64,000 nt of DNA from an uncultured Actinomycetes bacterium (GCA_963841735.1 CAWJDT010000006.1:1-64000), one strand, 5' to 3'; positions 48,818 to 62,194 are shown, counted from the first letter of the stretch. Notes: a model not told the origin generated them from the letters alone. Numbers and translations are program-made.

Positions 48818-51297
48818 TCCCCCAGGGCGCGGCGCAGAGCCGATTCGTAGACCTCGTCAAGAGCGGCCACCAAAGCCCGAAAACCAACGTGGCCGCGCTC
48901 GCCGCCGGAACCAGCGCCGGCACTCACAGAGGCCGAAGTGCTTGTGCCCTCGGCGCCCTCCAATTCCGCGTGGCTTAGAGCCATGACCAGCTCATCTCCC
49001 CCCACAGTGCCGAGGCGCGTGCACGGTACTCCCGCCGTCTCACACAGATCCTCGAAGTGGTCGGCGGTCTCTGGGGCTACGGATACCACCGCCAGGGTGG
49101 GCGTTTCGCCAAAAAAGGCCAGGTCGGGACGGCGCGCCAAGACACCCACCAAACTGGTGCGGACCTCCGCGCCCCCGGCCGCCGCAGCGCAGCCCGGGCT
49201 GCCGAACACCCAGGGCACAGCGTCCAGCGACAGCCTGGCCCCGATCTTGCCGGCCATGCAGCTTTCGGCCGCGGCCACAGCCAAGCCTCCGTCAGAGACA
49301 TCGTGAGCCGAACGCAGCAGCCGGGAGGCGATAGCCTGCCGCAGCGCCGCCTGCAGAGCCACTTCGGCCCCTAGATCGACGTCGGGGATCCGCCCAGCCG
49401 GCCGGCCCTTCGCGCCACCGAACCAGCGCTTCTGATACTCCGAGCCATCGAGCGCGGGAGTCGCGTCGCCCATCAAGTACACCAAGTCACCGGGGGTCTT
49501 GAAGCCCACGGTGCAGTTGGCGGTGACGTCGTCCATGACGCCCAACATCCCCACCACCGCGGTCGGATAGATGGGCTGCTCGAAACTCTCGTTGTAGAGC
49601 GACACGTTGCCCGAGATCACCGGCGTGCCCAGAGCCTCGCAGGCCTGGGACATCCCCTCGATGGCCTGAGCGAGTTGGTAGGCAATGGGACCGTTATCCG
49701 GATTGCCGAAGTTAAGGCAGTTGGTGATGGCGATGGGCTTCGCGCCTACGCACGATACGTTGCGCGCCGCTTCGCACACGGCCGCCTTGCCGCCCCGGTA
49801 GGGATCGAGATAGGTCTGACGGCCGTTGCCGTCGGTGCAGACCGCGATGCCGGCCCCCGTCTTCTTGATGCGAATAAGGGCGGCGTCACCACCCGGTACG
49901 ATGACGGTGTTGAGCTGCACCTGATGATCGTACTGCTGCCAGATCCAGCGGCGACTAGCTATGTTGGGCGAACCGGCGAGGTCGAACAGAATGTCGGCGA
50001 GCGACGCCTCCGGCGCGGGATACGCGGCCGGGTCGATAGGACTATCCACCTCGTGCGCTGGGCGCTCTTGAGGGATGTCGTAGGTGGGCGGTTCGGCCAA
50101 GGCGACGGCGTCCATGTCGCCGACCATCTGCCCACCATAGAACACGCGCAGATGCTTGGTGTCGGTGACCTCGCCCACGATGGTTGCGTCGAGATCCCAG
50201 CGGTCGCAGACGGCCTTGAGGCCCTCCCACTTCTCGGGAGCCACTATGCAGAGCATGCGCTCCTGGCTCTCGCTGATCATGATCTCCCAGGCCTCCATGT
50301 CGGCCTCGCGCAGAGGCACGCGGTCGGCGTGCAGGTCGATGCCCACCTCGCCCTTAGCCGCCATCTCGCTGGACGAGGAGGTGATGCCGGCCGCGCCCAA
50401 GTCCTGCAGCGCCACCAGCAAATCGCCCCGCAGGAGTTCCAGACAGGCCTCGAGCAGCTTCTTCTCCATGAAGGGGTCGCCCACTTGCACCGACGGGCGC
50501 TTCTCTTCCAGGGTCTCGTCGAACACTTGGCTTGCAAGCACGCTCGCCCCGCCGATGCCGTCGCGGCCCGTCCTCGAACCAAAGAGCACCACGTGGTTGC
50601 CCACGCCGGCAGCGCTGCTCAAGATGATGTCGTCCTGACTCACCAAGCCGACCGTCATGGCGTTCACCAGACAATTGCCGGCATAGGGATCTTCGAAGTA
50701 GACCTCACCGGCCACCGTGGGTATGCCCATGCAGTTGCCGTAGCCACCGACTCCCGCCACCACTTGCTCGAACAAGTAGCGCTGTCGGTTGGTGGTGGCC
50801 TCCGAGGGGGGCTCGTCATCAGGGATGAGCGCCGGAGCGACGGCAGAGCCGTCCGCGGCGCCGGCAACAGCCGGGGCCGCGCCGCGCGCGGAGCGCGCCG
50901 GCAGCGGCGTGATCTCGCCGAACCGCAGAGAGTCAAGTCCACAGATGGGGCGCGCGCCCATGGCGAAGATGTCGCGGATGATGCCACCCACTCCGGTAGC
51001 CGCCCCCTGGTAGGGCTCCACCGCCGAGGGATGATTGTGGCTCTCGATCTTCATGGCCACAGCTACTCCGCCGCCGATGTCCACGATGCCGGCATTCTCA
51101 CCCGGACCTTGCAGCACATAGTCGGCCTTGGTGGGAAAGCGCTTCAGCAGCGGCTTGGAGTGCTTGTAGCCGCAATGCTCGCTCCACATGAGCGAGAAGA
51201 CGGCCAACTCCACGTGGGTGGGCTCGCGCTCCTGTATGGCACAGATGCGCTCGTACTCCCAACGGCTCAGACCCAGTTTCTCAAAAAGCTCGGCCAT
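48814..51297 (-). CDS. purL: FGAM synthase subunit PurL
   Basis: WSEHCGYK, ESHNHPS, QDLGAAG, SESQERM, GNVSLYN. Confidence 0.97.
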   Translation of the reverse strand: MAELFEKLGLSRWEYERICAIQEREPTHVELAVFSLMWSEHCGYKHSKPLLKRFPTKADYVLQGPGENAGIVDIGGGVAVAMKIESHNHPSAVEPYQGAATGVGGIIRDIFAMGARPICGLDSLRFGEITPLPARSARGAAPAVAGAADGSAVAPALIPDDEPPSEATTNRQRYLFEQVVAGVGGYGNCMGIPTVAGEVYFEDPYAGNCLVNAMTVGLVSQDDIILSSAAGVGNHVVLFGSRTGRDGIGGASVLASQVFDETLEEKRPSVQVGDPFMEKKLLEACLELLRGDLLVALQDLGAAGITSSSSEMAAKGEVGIDLHADRVPLREADMEAWEIMISESQERMLCIVAPEKWEGLKAVCDRWDLDATIVGEVTDTKHLRVFYGGQMVGDMDAVALAEPPTYDIPQERPAHEVDSPIDPAAYPAPEASLADILFDLAGSPNIASRRWIWQQYDHQVQLNTVIVPGGDAALIRIKKTGAGIAVCTDGNGRQTYLDPYRGGKAAVCEAARNVSCVGAKPIAITNCLNFGNPDNGPIAYQLAQAIEGMSQACEALGTPVISGNVSLYNESFEQPIYPTAVVGMLGVMDDVTANCTVGFKTPGDLVYLMGDATPALDGSEYQKRWFGGAKGRPAGRIPDVDLGAEVALQAALRQAIASRLLRSAHDVSDGGLAVAAAESCMAGKIGARLSLDAVPWVFGSPGCAAAAGGAEVRTSLVGVLARRPDLAFFGETPTLAVVSVAPETADHFEDLCETAGVPCTRLGTVGGDELVMALSHAELEGAEGTSTSASVSAGAGSGGERGHVGFRALVAALDEVYESALRRALGE

Positions 51298-51302
51298 GCC
51301 CG

Positions 51303-52016
51303 TCACCGCCTCGCCAGAACGTAGTCAATCATAGACTGGAAGATGCCCCGGCCATCGACCCCACCAAGAATGTCCTCGCACACCCGCTCGGGATGCGGCA
51401 TCATGCCCAGGACGTTGCCGCTCTCGCTCACGATGCCGGCCACGTTGTCGGTGGCCCCGTTGGGATTGGCGGAATCGGTCACATTGCCGTTGACGTCGCA
51501 GTAACGGAACAGCACCAGATTTTGCTCCTCGATCTCCTGAAGCCGATCGGCGCCCGCTGTCCAGTTACCCTCGTTGTGGTTCACCGGGATCTGGAGCACC
51601 TGACCCACGCTAAGGCAGCTGGTGAAAGGAGTGTCGGTGCGCTCAACCCGCAGGTAGACCGGGTGACAGATAAACCGCAGACCCCGGTTGCGACGCAGAG
51701 CCCCGTGCAGCAGATGGGCCTCGGCGAGAATCTGAAAGCCGTTGCAGATGCCCAGCACCAGCCCACCCGCGGCGGCAAAAGCTGCCACTTCCTGCATGAT
51801 GGGGCTGAAACGGGCCACCGCACCGGTGCGCAGATAGTCGCCGTACGAGAACCCGCCGGGGAGTATGACGCAGTCGGCGTCTTTGAGATCGTGGTCCTTG
51901 TGCCAGAGGTAGTACGGGTTGGCCTCGGGGAAGCCGGAGAGTACGTGAGAGGCGTCGTAGTCACAGTTGGAGCCGGGGAACACCACGACGCCGAAACGCA
52001 CGGTCTCTGCCGTCAC
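51303..52016 (-). CDS. purQ: FGAM synthase glutaminase PurQ
   Basis: FPGSNC, GGFSYGD, GICNGFQ, GMMPHPER. Confidence 0.97.
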   Translation of the reverse strand: MTAETVRFGVVVFPGSNCDYDASHVLSGFPEANPYYLWHKDHDLKDADCVILPGGFSYGDYLRTGAVARFSPIMQEVAAFAAAGGLVLGICNGFQILAEAHLLHGALRRNRGLRFICHPVYLRVERTDTPFTSCLSVGQVLQIPVNHNEGNWTAGADRLQEIEEQNLVLFRYCDVNGNVTDSANPNGATDNVAGIVSESGNVLGMMPHPERVCEDILGGVDGRGIFQSMIDYVLARR

Positions 52017-52017
52017 T

Positions 52018-52290
52018 TCAGGCCCCCTCCCCCGCTTTGTCTTCGTCCGCGAGAATCTCGAATCGGTAGTCCTCGATGATGGGATTGGCCAGAAGCCGGC
52101 GGCACATGTCGTCGACGGCGGCCTTCGCTTTGGTGGGATCGCCACCCTCCACTTCGAGGGTGATGTAGCGGCCCACGCGGATGTTACGCGCGCCCGTATG
52201 GCCCAGAGCAGGCAGAGCCCTTTCGACCACCGCGCCCTGCGGGTCGACTACTCCGGCCTTGGGTGTCACATAGACCGAGACTTTGTACAC
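52018..52290 (-). CDS. purS: FGAM synthase subunit PurS
   Basis: DPQG, LLANPIIEDY; extended -10 TGGTAGAAT at 52380-52372. Confidence 0.95.
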   Translation of the reverse strand: MYKVSVYVTPKAGVVDPQGAVVERALPALGHTGARNIRVGRYITLEVEGGDPTKAKAAVDDMCRRLLANPIIEDYRFEILADEDKAGEGA

Positions 52291-52456
52291 GTCTTCGCCC
52301 CTTCAGATCCTGGTGGCACGAACAAGCGGCACCTTCGAAAGGCGCCCCAATGAGTAACAGACTACATCTGGATTCTACCAGCTTCGCCCGACGCGGCGAC
52401 GGACTAATGGGCCACCTCTGCGATGCCGGACGCGATCCAGCCGGTCCTATGCAGCA

Positions 52457-52486
52457 TTGACAAGACCCCCGATATGGCCCTACTGT
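52457..52486 (+). promoter_or_regulatory. Promoter for two small membrane genes
   Basis: TTGACA-18-TACTGT. Confidence 0.55.
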
Positions 52487-52547
52487 CCTAGGAGACCGCG
52501 AACACCGCGGTGACCGCAGCCACGACGACCGGGCACAGGAGCAGACC

Positions 52548-52742
52548 GTGACGAATGAACGCAGGATGGCCATCGCCGGAGCGGTTCTCATCGTGCTGGC
52601 CGCCGCGGCGTTGAGCGGGGTCAACTACGTCGAAGGAGCGGCCTTCTGGGCGCTGGTAGGAGCAGGGATAGCGTGCTTCGTCGTGGGCATATGCCTCTAC
52701 GGCTACACCATCCGAGTCCAGTTTAAGCGGAGGCAAAAGTGA
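52548..52742 (+). CDS. Small 2-TM membrane protein (64 aa)
   Basis: AGGAG RBS, two hydrophobic helices, basic tail. Confidence 0.7.
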   Translation: MTNERRMAIAGAVLIVLAAAALSGVNYVEGAAFWALVGAGIACFVVGICLYGYTIRVQFKRRQK

Positions 52743-52933
52743 CCCGGGAGCGCAGGTATCACGTCATAGGAATCTCGCTGATCGTGCTGGGCATAGCTGC
52801 CGGCGGCGTGTCCTGGAAACTCGAAGGCACGCCGTTCTGGGTGGCAGTCGGAATATCGCTCTTTCTCGTGATAGTCGGCCTCGTCTTTGGCGGCAAAGCC
52901 GGCGCCGAGGAGCGCAAGCGCAAAGAGCGGTAG
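52739..52933 (+). CDS. Small 2-TM membrane protein (64 aa), paralogue of upstream gene
   Basis: GTGA overlap, GGAGG RBS; shared ERR..G..LIVL..EG..FW..VG pattern. Confidence 0.7.
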   Translation: MTRERRYHVIGISLIVLGIAAGGVSWKLEGTPFWVAVGISLFLVIVGLVFGGKAGAEERKRKER

Positions 52934-53684
52934 AAGCAGCGCCGGCTTAGAACCGGCACGGAACCGCGCGGGTGAGCAGCCGCCCTAGCGCCGGCGAATC
53001 TGCTCTCATTCCCCAGCACTCTGCGCCATAGCGTCCTTGCCGTGGCCCAACATCAAGATCACTTACATGCGGCGGAGCCGGTGTTGGAGCTCTTCGGCGA
53101 GAGTCTGCCCCCTTTCGAAGCCGCCCTCTCCAGTCGCTCGCTATCCACCCTTCGCCTAGTTGATGCCCGACAAGGGGCATTTTGTGCCGAATATCGCTGG
53201 TCCACGCGAGATGGGCCTAGGACGCCCTATGACGCGTTGACTCACCGTAGTCACAAGAGCGTCGCTGCCGGACATATACTATTAGAGAGGGTTAGGAGAG
53301 ACGCGAGGAGATTCCAAAGGTGAGACAGAGACTCGCTACAGTGCTGTTGCCGACTCTGGGGTCTGTCATTGATGATCGAGCTGCACTCCCTGGTGAACCG
53401 GCTGAACAGCGACGAACGCGCGTAGATCGCGCCGGTGCGGGCCGACATGGTCGACAAGGCCGGGGAGCCGCTACATCAAGTGGCTCTATGGCGTCCAGCG
53501 TGGCTCCGAGGACTGGTGGCAGGCACCGGGCATGACCACCGACTGGTTCGAGTCGCCTTCTCCCGAAGATGTCGTCGAGACCGCGATCGACGCCGAGTGG
53601 GAGAGAAGCGCCATATCTGAAGATAGTGCTGTGTCCGCCTGACCAGCCGGGCACGGCGTCTGTCGATAGCGGGAAAGCAGGGGG

Positions 53685-53720
53685 GAAAGCCCACGTCCGA
53701 GCAATCGGGCGTGGGCTTTC
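53685..53720. terminator. GC-rich hairpin with GCAA loop
   Basis: GAAAGCCCACGTCCGA-GCAA-TCGGGCGTGGGCTTTC. Confidence 0.6.
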
Positions 53721-54103
53721 GATTCTAGGGAGAGACCCCGTCCACAACGGTCAAAGTGGCCTCGCGCATCGGAGCAAGACGGCTGCCCAAGCCTCGCCAC
53801 ACCCACACCGCGGGCCACAGGGCCGGGCGTGATGACTGTCTCACGCTCACTCCCGGTGATGATGCCCATTGACTCAGCAGCCCCCAACATCCTGGCGGGT
53901 TCCGCCGCGTCCGGGGACATCTCGACGCTGGCCGAGCCCTGAGTCCCTTCAGCGATCATGACCACGCTATCCAGCGCCGCCAATCGCTCGACGTTCTCAG
54001 ACGCCCCGACCGGGTCGTGCGCTTTGAGAGACTACAGACTTTCGAATAGGCTCTCTCGCTCGCTATGCTCCACGGTCACCCGCAGAGCCCACTCAAGCGG
54101 ACG

Positions 54104-55405
54104 CTACCACTCAAGGGCGTTCACCCGCTCGAAGATCACGCCCATGTTGCGCAGTTGATGGCCAGCATCGAACAGCCCCTCGATCTCGGCGTCGCCCAGC
54201 CGAGCGGTCACTTCTGAGTCGGCCTTGAGAAGCTCCTTGAATGGGGTCTTCTGCTCCCAAGCCTTCATGGCGCTGCGCTGGACGACCGCGTAAGCGTCGT
54301 CCCGGAGCATCCCAGCTTCCACGAGGGCAAGCAGCACCCGCTGGCTGTAAAGCAGGCCAAAGCTCTTGTCCAGGTTGGCGGCCATGTTCTCGGGGTAGAC
54401 ATTCAGCTTGTCCACCAGCCAGCAGGCCTTCTTCAGCATGTAATGCAGCAGAATGGTGCTGTCGGGCAAGATGATCCGCTCGGCGCTGGAGTGGCTGATG
54501 TCGCGCTCGTGCCACAGCGCGACGTTCTCGAAGGCCACCAGCATGTTGCCACGGATAATGCGAGCTTGGCCGCAGAGACGCTCGGAGATGATGGGGTTGC
54601 GCTTGTGCGGCATGGCCGACGAGCCCTTCTGCCCAGGGGCGAAGTACTCCTCGGCTTCCAAAACCTCGGTGCGCTGGTAATGGCGCACCTGCAGGGCGAT
54701 CTTCTCGATGGTGGTGGCGAGGAGGGCCAGCGAAGACATGAACTCGGCGTGCCGGTCGCGCTGCACGATCTGAGTGGAGATAGGCGCCGACCCCAAATCG
54801 AGCATCGACATGGTCATCTGCTCCACCTGTGGGTCCACGTTGGCGTAGCTGCCCACGGCACCCGAGATCTTGCCCACCGCTACTTGGTGCGCCGCCCGCC
54901 GCAGCCGCTCCAGGTCGCGCTGCACCTCGAAGGCCCATAGCCCCAGCACCATGCCAAAAGTGATGGGCTCGGCGTGCACCCCGTGCGTGCGGCCCATCAT
55001 GACCGTGTCACGGTGCTCCAGCGCCCGGCGTTGAAGAATGTGCCCCAGCCTCTTGGTCTCTTCTTCCAGAAGCGCCGCGGCTGCCCGCAATTGCAGAGCC
55101 AGCCCGGTGTCCAGAACATCCGAAGAAGTCAGCCCGTAGTGGATGTACTTTGAGCTTTCGCCCACGTTCTCGGCCAGGCAGCTCACAAACGCGATCACGT
55201 CATGATGCGTGGTCTCTTCGATCTCGCACACCCGGTCGACGTCGAAGGCGGCCTTGGCCTTGATATCGGCCATGGCTTCCTCGGGAATCCTGCCCAAGCG
55301 GGTCCACGCTTCGCATACGGCAAGCTCCACCTGCAGCCAGGCCGCCATGCGGGCCTCATCGGTCCAGACAGCCGTCATCTCGGGCGTGGAGTAGCGCTCG
55401 ATCAT
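54104..55405 (-). CDS. purB: Adenylosuccinate lyase
   Basis: [36 protein letters not shown]. Confidence 0.97.
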   Translation of the reverse strand: MIERYSTPEMTAVWTDEARMAAWLQVELAVCEAWTRLGRIPEEAMADIKAKAAFDVDRVCEIEETTHHDVIAFVSCLAENVGESSKYIHYGLTSSDVLDTGLALQLRAAAALLEEETKRLGHILQRRALEHRDTVMMGRTHGVHAEPITFGMVLGLWAFEVQRDLERLRRAAHQVAVGKISGAVGSYANVDPQVEQMTMSMLDLGSAPISTQIVQRDRHAEFMSSLALLATTIEKIALQVRHYQRTEVLEAEEYFAPGQKGSSAMPHKRNPIISERLCGQARIIRGNMLVAFENVALWHERDISHSSAERIILPDSTILLHYMLKKACWLVDKLNVYPENMAANLDKSFGLLYSQRVLLALVEAGMLRDDAYAVVQRSAMKAWEQKTPFKELLKADSEVTARLGDAEIEGLFDAGHQLRNMGVIFERVNALEW

Positions 55406-55899
55406 TGGGTGCCGCCTTCGGCCCCGGCTGTTCCCGCGGGCGCCCCGGCCACCTCAGCCGTCGCCTCTCGCGCCGGCGCCGCAACCGTCAGCCCGGCCAC
55501 CCGCAGGATCTTCGCCGCCAGGATGCCGGCGTTGCGGGCCCCGTTTATGGCCACGGTAGCCACCGGCACGCCCGACGGCATCTGCACCATGGAGAGTAAC
55601 GAGTCGAGTCCACCCAGGTCCGAGGTGCGGATGGGCACTCCGATCACCGGCAGGTCGGTCAAAGCCGCCACCACTCCCGGTAGAGCCGCCGCCTTCCCCG
55701 CCCCGGCGATGATCACCTTGAGCCCCCGCGCCTCGGCGCTGAGCCCATATTGCCGCACCGCTTCCGGATCGCGGTGCGCGGAAAGCACGTTGACCTCATG
55801 CGCGATACCGCGCGCCTCCAACTCCTCGGCCGCCCCGCCCATGACCTCGGAGTCGGACTGCGAACCCATCAAGATCCCGACTAACGGCTGATCCGCCAT
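55402..55899 (-). CDS. purE: (N5-)CAIR mutase/carboxylase PurE
   Basis: [32 protein letters not shown]. Confidence 0.95.
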   Translation of the reverse strand: MADQPLVGILMGSQSDSEVMGGAAEELEARGIAHEVNVLSAHRDPEAVRQYGLSAEARGLKVIIAGAGKAAALPGVVAALTDLPVIGVPIRTSDLGGLDSLLSMVQMPSGVPVATVAINGARNAGILAAKILRVAGLTVAAPAREATAEVAGAPAGTAGAEGGTQ

Positions 55900-55931
55900 G
55901 TAATCCCCTTTCGACTCACGCCTCGCCGCTC

Positions 55932-57230
55932 TTAGTGGCGCTTCTCCCACTCCTCCGCCCGCAGGGCGATATCCGAACGATGTTGCTCACCGGCAAAGGC
56001 GATCTTCGCCACGCCCTCGTAGGCCCGCGCCCGCGCCTCAGCGAAGGTGTCGCCCAGGCCCGTCACGGTCAGCACCCGGCCGCCACTGGTGACCAGCCTG
56101 CCGTCGACACGTCCGGTGGCGGCATGAAGCACCTGCGCCCCATCCACGCCCCGGACCTCCTCGGCCCCAGTGATGACGTCCCCTTTGGAACTCGAAGCCG
56201 GGTAGCCCCGCGAAGCCAGAACCACTCCCACAGCCGCCCCCGGGCGCCACTGAGCGGTCGCCGGCAACGCCTCCCCCAAAGCCGCCGCCCACAGCAGCTC
56301 GAGCAGATCGGATTCCAGCCGGGGCAACAATGCCTGCGTCTCCGGATCGCCGAAGCGGCAGTTGAACTCGAGTACCTTGGGCCCTGCTGCGGTAAGCATG
56401 ACTCCCGCGTAAAGGACCCCCCGGAAGTCGATACCCCTCCGCTTGAGCTCGGCCACCGTGGGCCGCACCACTTCCGCAACCAGCCTCTCATAGAGCGCGT
56501 CATCCACCGCCGGTACCGGCGAGTACGAGCCCATGCCTCCCGTATTCGGGCCCTTGTCCCCATCCAAAGCCCGCTTGTAGTCTTGAGCAGGGGCAAGGGG
56601 CAAAATCTGGTCGCCGCTTACGATGGAGAGCAGCGACACCTCTTCTCCCTGCAAGAACTCCTCGATGAGGACCAGGCTCGCCGCGTCTCCAAAGCGCCGC
56701 TCCACGAAGCACTCAGCGAGGGCGGCCTCCGCTTCTTCCAAAGTCTCGGCCACGATGACCCCTTTGCCGGCGGCCAAACCGTCGGCCTTGACCACCACCG
56801 GCGCTCCATGCCTACGCACATAGGCCAAAGCCGAGTCGTAATCGGAGAAGCTATCCGCGCGCCCCGTAGGCACCCCGGCCGCCTGCATCACTTCTTTAGC
56901 AAAGACCTTGGAGCCTTCCATGCGCGCGCCGTCGGCCCCGGGACCAAAAACCGCGAAACCCTTGACCCGCAGTTGATCGGCCAACCCGGCCACCAGCGGG
57001 GCCTCCGGCCCCACCACTGTGAGGTCTATCTGCTCCCGCTCGACAAAGGCGACCAGGGCGGGCACGTCTTCGGCACTTATCGCTACCGTTTCGGCGTCGC
57101 CTTCGATGCCCGCGTTGCCGGGAGCCGCGATCACCCTGCCGATGCGGGAGCTTCTGGCCAGACTGTGCACAAGTGCGTGTTCCCGGGCACCTCCGCCCAC
57201 CACCAGAACATCCAGCCGGTCAGGAGTCAC
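55932..57230 (-). CDS. purD: Phosphoribosylamine-glycine ligase
   Basis: [37 protein letters not shown]. Confidence 0.97.
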   Translation of the reverse strand: MTPDRLDVLVVGGGAREHALVHSLARSSRIGRVIAAPGNAGIEGDAETVAISAEDVPALVAFVEREQIDLTVVGPEAPLVAGLADQLRVKGFAVFGPGADGARMEGSKVFAKEVMQAAGVPTGRADSFSDYDSALAYVRRHGAPVVVKADGLAAGKGVIVAETLEEAEAALAECFVERRFGDAASLVLIEEFLQGEEVSLLSIVSGDQILPLAPAQDYKRALDGDKGPNTGGMGSYSPVPAVDDALYERLVAEVVRPTVAELKRRGIDFRGVLYAGVMLTAAGPKVLEFNCRFGDPETQALLPRLESDLLELLWAAALGEALPATAQWRPGAAVGVVLASRGYPASSSKGDVITGAEEVRGVDGAQVLHAATGRVDGRLVTSGGRVLTVTGLGDTFAEARARAYEGVAKIAFAGEQHRSDIALRAEEWEKRH

Positions 57231-57246
57231 GCCCCCTCCCTCACCC

Positions 57247-58725
<1,479 letters not shown>

Positions 58726-58764
58726 TTACACCAGGCCAGTGACGGAGCCGCCACGATCGATGAT

Positions 58765-60254
58765 CTACCGGCCGCTACGGAGCGCTCGGGGAGCAGTTGC
58801 GGAGGCCCCCATACCCACAACGGCCCTGGCCGCCACCAAACCCGAAGCCGACGCCTGCACAAGACCGCGAGTGACCCCGGCTCCGTCTCCCACCGCGTAG
58901 AGCCCGGCCACCGGAGTCTGCAGACTCGAGTCCAGCGCGAGCCGGGACGAGTAGAACTTGACCTCCGCCCCATAGAGCAGGGTGTCCCGGCCGCCGACGC
59001 CGGGCAAGAGCGCATCCAGGGCGTCCAGCATGTCAATAAGGTCCTGCAAGTGACGATACGGCAGGGCAAAGGACAAGTCGCCCGGGGTAGCGGCACGGAG
59101 CGTGGGTAGCACCGCGCCACGCCGCATCCTCTCAGGAGTGGTGCGATGCCCTGCCCTCAGGTCGCCCAGCCGTTGCACCAAGATGTCTTTGCCCAACATG
59201 TTGGCCAGCCGGGCGATCGACTTGCCGTACTCGATAGGCTCCTTGAAGGGCTCAGTGAAGCGCGTGGAAACAAGCAGGGCGAAGTTGGTGTTCGCGGTCT
59301 TCTGTTCGGGGTCGGCGTAGCTGTGGCCGTTGACGGTCACGGCGTCACCCCAGCATTCCGTACACACCACCCCGCGAGGATTCATGCAGAACGTGCGCAC
59401 TTGGTCCTCGAAGTGACGCGAGGTGTAGAGCAGCTTGGGCTCGTACAGCTCGTCGGTAATGACGTCGGTGACCACGGCCGGCACTTCCACCCGCACTCCG
59501 ATGTCCACGGCGTTGCTTACCAGAGGGATCCCGAGACGTCTGGCTTCATCGCTGAGCCAGGCGGATCCCTCCCGCCCCGGAGCGACGACAACCACCGGGC
59601 TCCGGCAGATCTCTCCGGTCTCGGTCTCGACGCCGGTGACCCGAGCCACGCCCGGCCCCGCCGACGGCCGCGTCGACCGCCCGACGCGCCGGCTTCAGCG
59701 TCGCCGGCCGTCAGGATGCGCGCTACCGCCGTGTCTGTGCAGATATCGACCTTGTTCTCAAGCTCGGCCCTCATAGCCGCAAGCACCGCGGCCGCTCGCT
59801 CGGTGCCCAGATGCCGAACCGGCGAACGCACCAGCCGTAGACCCTGCAGCGCCGCCGCGTCCACCCACCGGTCGAGGCTCTCCTGGTCGTCGCCGTACAG
59901 CCTATCCGGCGCCCCGAAGTCCCGATACACTCGGTCGACTTCGGCGATCAGGACCTGCAGCGTGGCTGCATCCACATATTCCCCCAGCCATCCACCCACT
60001 TCGGAGGTCAGGGTCAGCTTGCCGTCGGAGAAAGCCCCCGCTCCCCCCCAACCTGTGGTGATGTCACAAGAAGAGCAGTGAGCGCAAGAACCGGCTGTCC
60101 GCGCCGGGCAACGGCGCTCGGAGATATCGGCCCCCTTCTCGAGCAGCAGAACCCGCAGCTTCGAACCTCGGGAGAACTCGAGCGCGGCGAAGATGCCGGC
60201 CGGTCCGCCGCCGACGATGATGACGTCGTACTCTCTGTCTTTGCGAGAGGTCAT
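58765..60254 (-). CDS. FAD/NAD-dependent oxidoreductase (uncharacterised family); frameshift near 59670
   Basis: GGGPAG, GWGGAGAFSDGKL; VRTFCMNP, GAEVKFYS and GDGAG in the second frame. Confidence 0.85.
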
Positions 60255-60323
60255 CGCTCCTCCGCGTTCCTGCGAGCCCTGGACCATGCCCGGCCCCACG
60301 CAGGCGAGACTGCCCCATAAGGT

Positions 60324-61695
60324 CTACGTACCCAGACGCCTGTCGGCCAGGTCGGCGAAGCGCGTGTAGTCCTGCATGAAGGCCACCTTACAGTCGCCGA
60401 TTGGGCCGTTCCGCTGTTTGCCCACGATGATCTCCGCCGTACCCTTGTCAGGGCTGTCCCGGTTGTAGACTTCATCGCGGTAGATAAAGAGCACTACGTC
60501 CGCGTCCTGCTCGAGCGCTCCAGATTCCCTAAGGTCCGACAGCACCGGCTTGTTACCCGCGCGTTGCTCCACCTGCCGGGAAAGCTGCGAAAGAGCAAGC
60601 ACCGGGACTTCCAGTTCACGAGCGAGGATCTTGAGCCCCCTGGAGATGCGCGATATCTCCTGCTGACGGTTCTCGGTGCTGGCGTCGCCCACCATCAACT
60701 GGAGGTAGTCCACCACGATGAGTCCTAGGTTCTTCTCCTTGGCCTTGAGCCGACGGGCTTTGGCCCGCATCTCCATGAGGTTGAGCGAGGCAGTGTCGTC
60801 GATGAAGATGGACGCGGCGTGCAGTGCCGTGCAACCGGCCGCCAACTGACTCCACTCCTTGGGCTGCATGACGCTCCGGCGCACTCGCCAGAGATCCACC
60901 CGGGCCTCGGAGCACATCATACGGGTGACTACTTCCATCTTGGACATCTCAAGACTGAAGAAGGCCACGCCCTTTCGCTGATCCACCGCGACATTACGAG
61001 CGATGTTGAGGGCAAATGCCGTCTTGCCCATGGAAGGCCGAGCGGCCAGGATTACCAGGTTGGACGGCTGGAAAGCGCCGATTTTTTCGTCAACGTCTCG
61101 GAAACCGGTCTGGCAGCCCACCGTGTGGTGTCCCACGGTGGCCGCCCTGCTCAAGCTCCGCGTAGTTCTCGGTGATGAGGTCTGCAATGGGCTCGAACTC
61201 TCCGGTCACCCGAGACTGCGAGATGTCGAACACCATCTGCTCAGCCCGGTCGATCAGGTCGATCGGGGTTTGTTCCCGCCGGTAGCCCATCTCCGCGATG
61301 TCGCTTCCCACCCTTATCAACGAGCGGAGCAAGTAGTTCTCGCGCACGATCTCGGCGTAGTGCCTGGCGTTCACGGCCGCGGGTACAGCTGTGACCAAGC
61401 TGTGCACGAAGGCCTTCCCTCCTACCGCTTCCAGGCCGGCCCGGTTGGCCAGCTCCTCGCTAACGGTGATTGGGTCGACCGGTTCTCCGCGAGAGAAGAG
61501 GTCTTCGATGGCCTCGAAGATACGTTGGTGAGCCTGCCGGTAGAAATGGACCGGCCGGATGATCTCACTGACGCCCGGGATGACGTTGGGAGTGAGCATG
61601 CTGGCGCCGAGGACCGATATCTCGGCATCCAGATTCTGCGGTACCACATGGTCGATCGCCCCGGAACTACCGGCGCCGCCCGCCCTCATCTCCAC
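60324..61695 (-). CDS. dnaB: Replicative DNA helicase; frameshift near 61140
   Basis: PQNLDAEISVLG N-domain; AARPSMGKT, VDYLQL, SDLRESG, KQRNGP. Confidence 0.95.
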
Positions 61696-61732
61696 GCGCG
61701 CCCCTCCCTCCTAGGGAAGACCGTCTCCGCCC

Positions 61733-62194
61733 CTAGCTCTTGTTCTCCTCAGGAGCCACTATGACCTTGACCTCGGCGGGTTCCACGCTATTGTGCACAT
61801 CGACCTTGACCATGTACGTGCCCACCGTCTTGATAGGCTCTTCGAGGTCCACCTTGCGCTTGTCGACACGGAGTTTGCGGGCCGCGAAGATGGCGTCGGC
61901 GATGTCCTGATTGGTGACCGACCCGAAAAGACGGTCTCCAGAGCCCACTGGGGCCGTGATAGTGAGCACTGTCTTGGAGAGCATCTCCCGGGTCTCGTCC
62001 GCCCGGTCGGCTTCACGTTGGGCGTGAGCAGCGCGCTCTTCCATGATCTGGCGCACCTTGGCTATACGTCCCGGGGTAGCCATTTCGGCCAGTTTGCGAG
62101 GCAGCAGGAAATTGCGGGCGTAGCCCTCGGCCACGTTCGCCAATTCGCCCTTCTTGCCCAGCTTGTCCACGTCCTGCAGAAGGATTATCTCCAT
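61733..62194 (-). CDS. rplI: 50S ribosomal protein L9
   Basis: MEIILLQDV, GYARNFL, LFGSVT. Confidence 0.97.
   Translation of the reverse strand: MEIILLQDVDKLGKKGELANVAEGYARNFLLPRKLAEMATPGRIAKVRQIMEERAAHAQREADRADETREMLSKTVLTITAPVGSGDRLFGSVTNQDIADAIFAARKLRVDKRKVDLEEPIKTVGTYMVKVDVHNSVEPAEVKVIVAPEENKS

Noticed and set aside
52300-53300. ZTP, purine or glycine riboswitch near the pur genes
   Set aside because: Only short fragments (CGACTGG, GGAGAG..CCGAAG) resemble the consensus; the required paired elements were not found by eye
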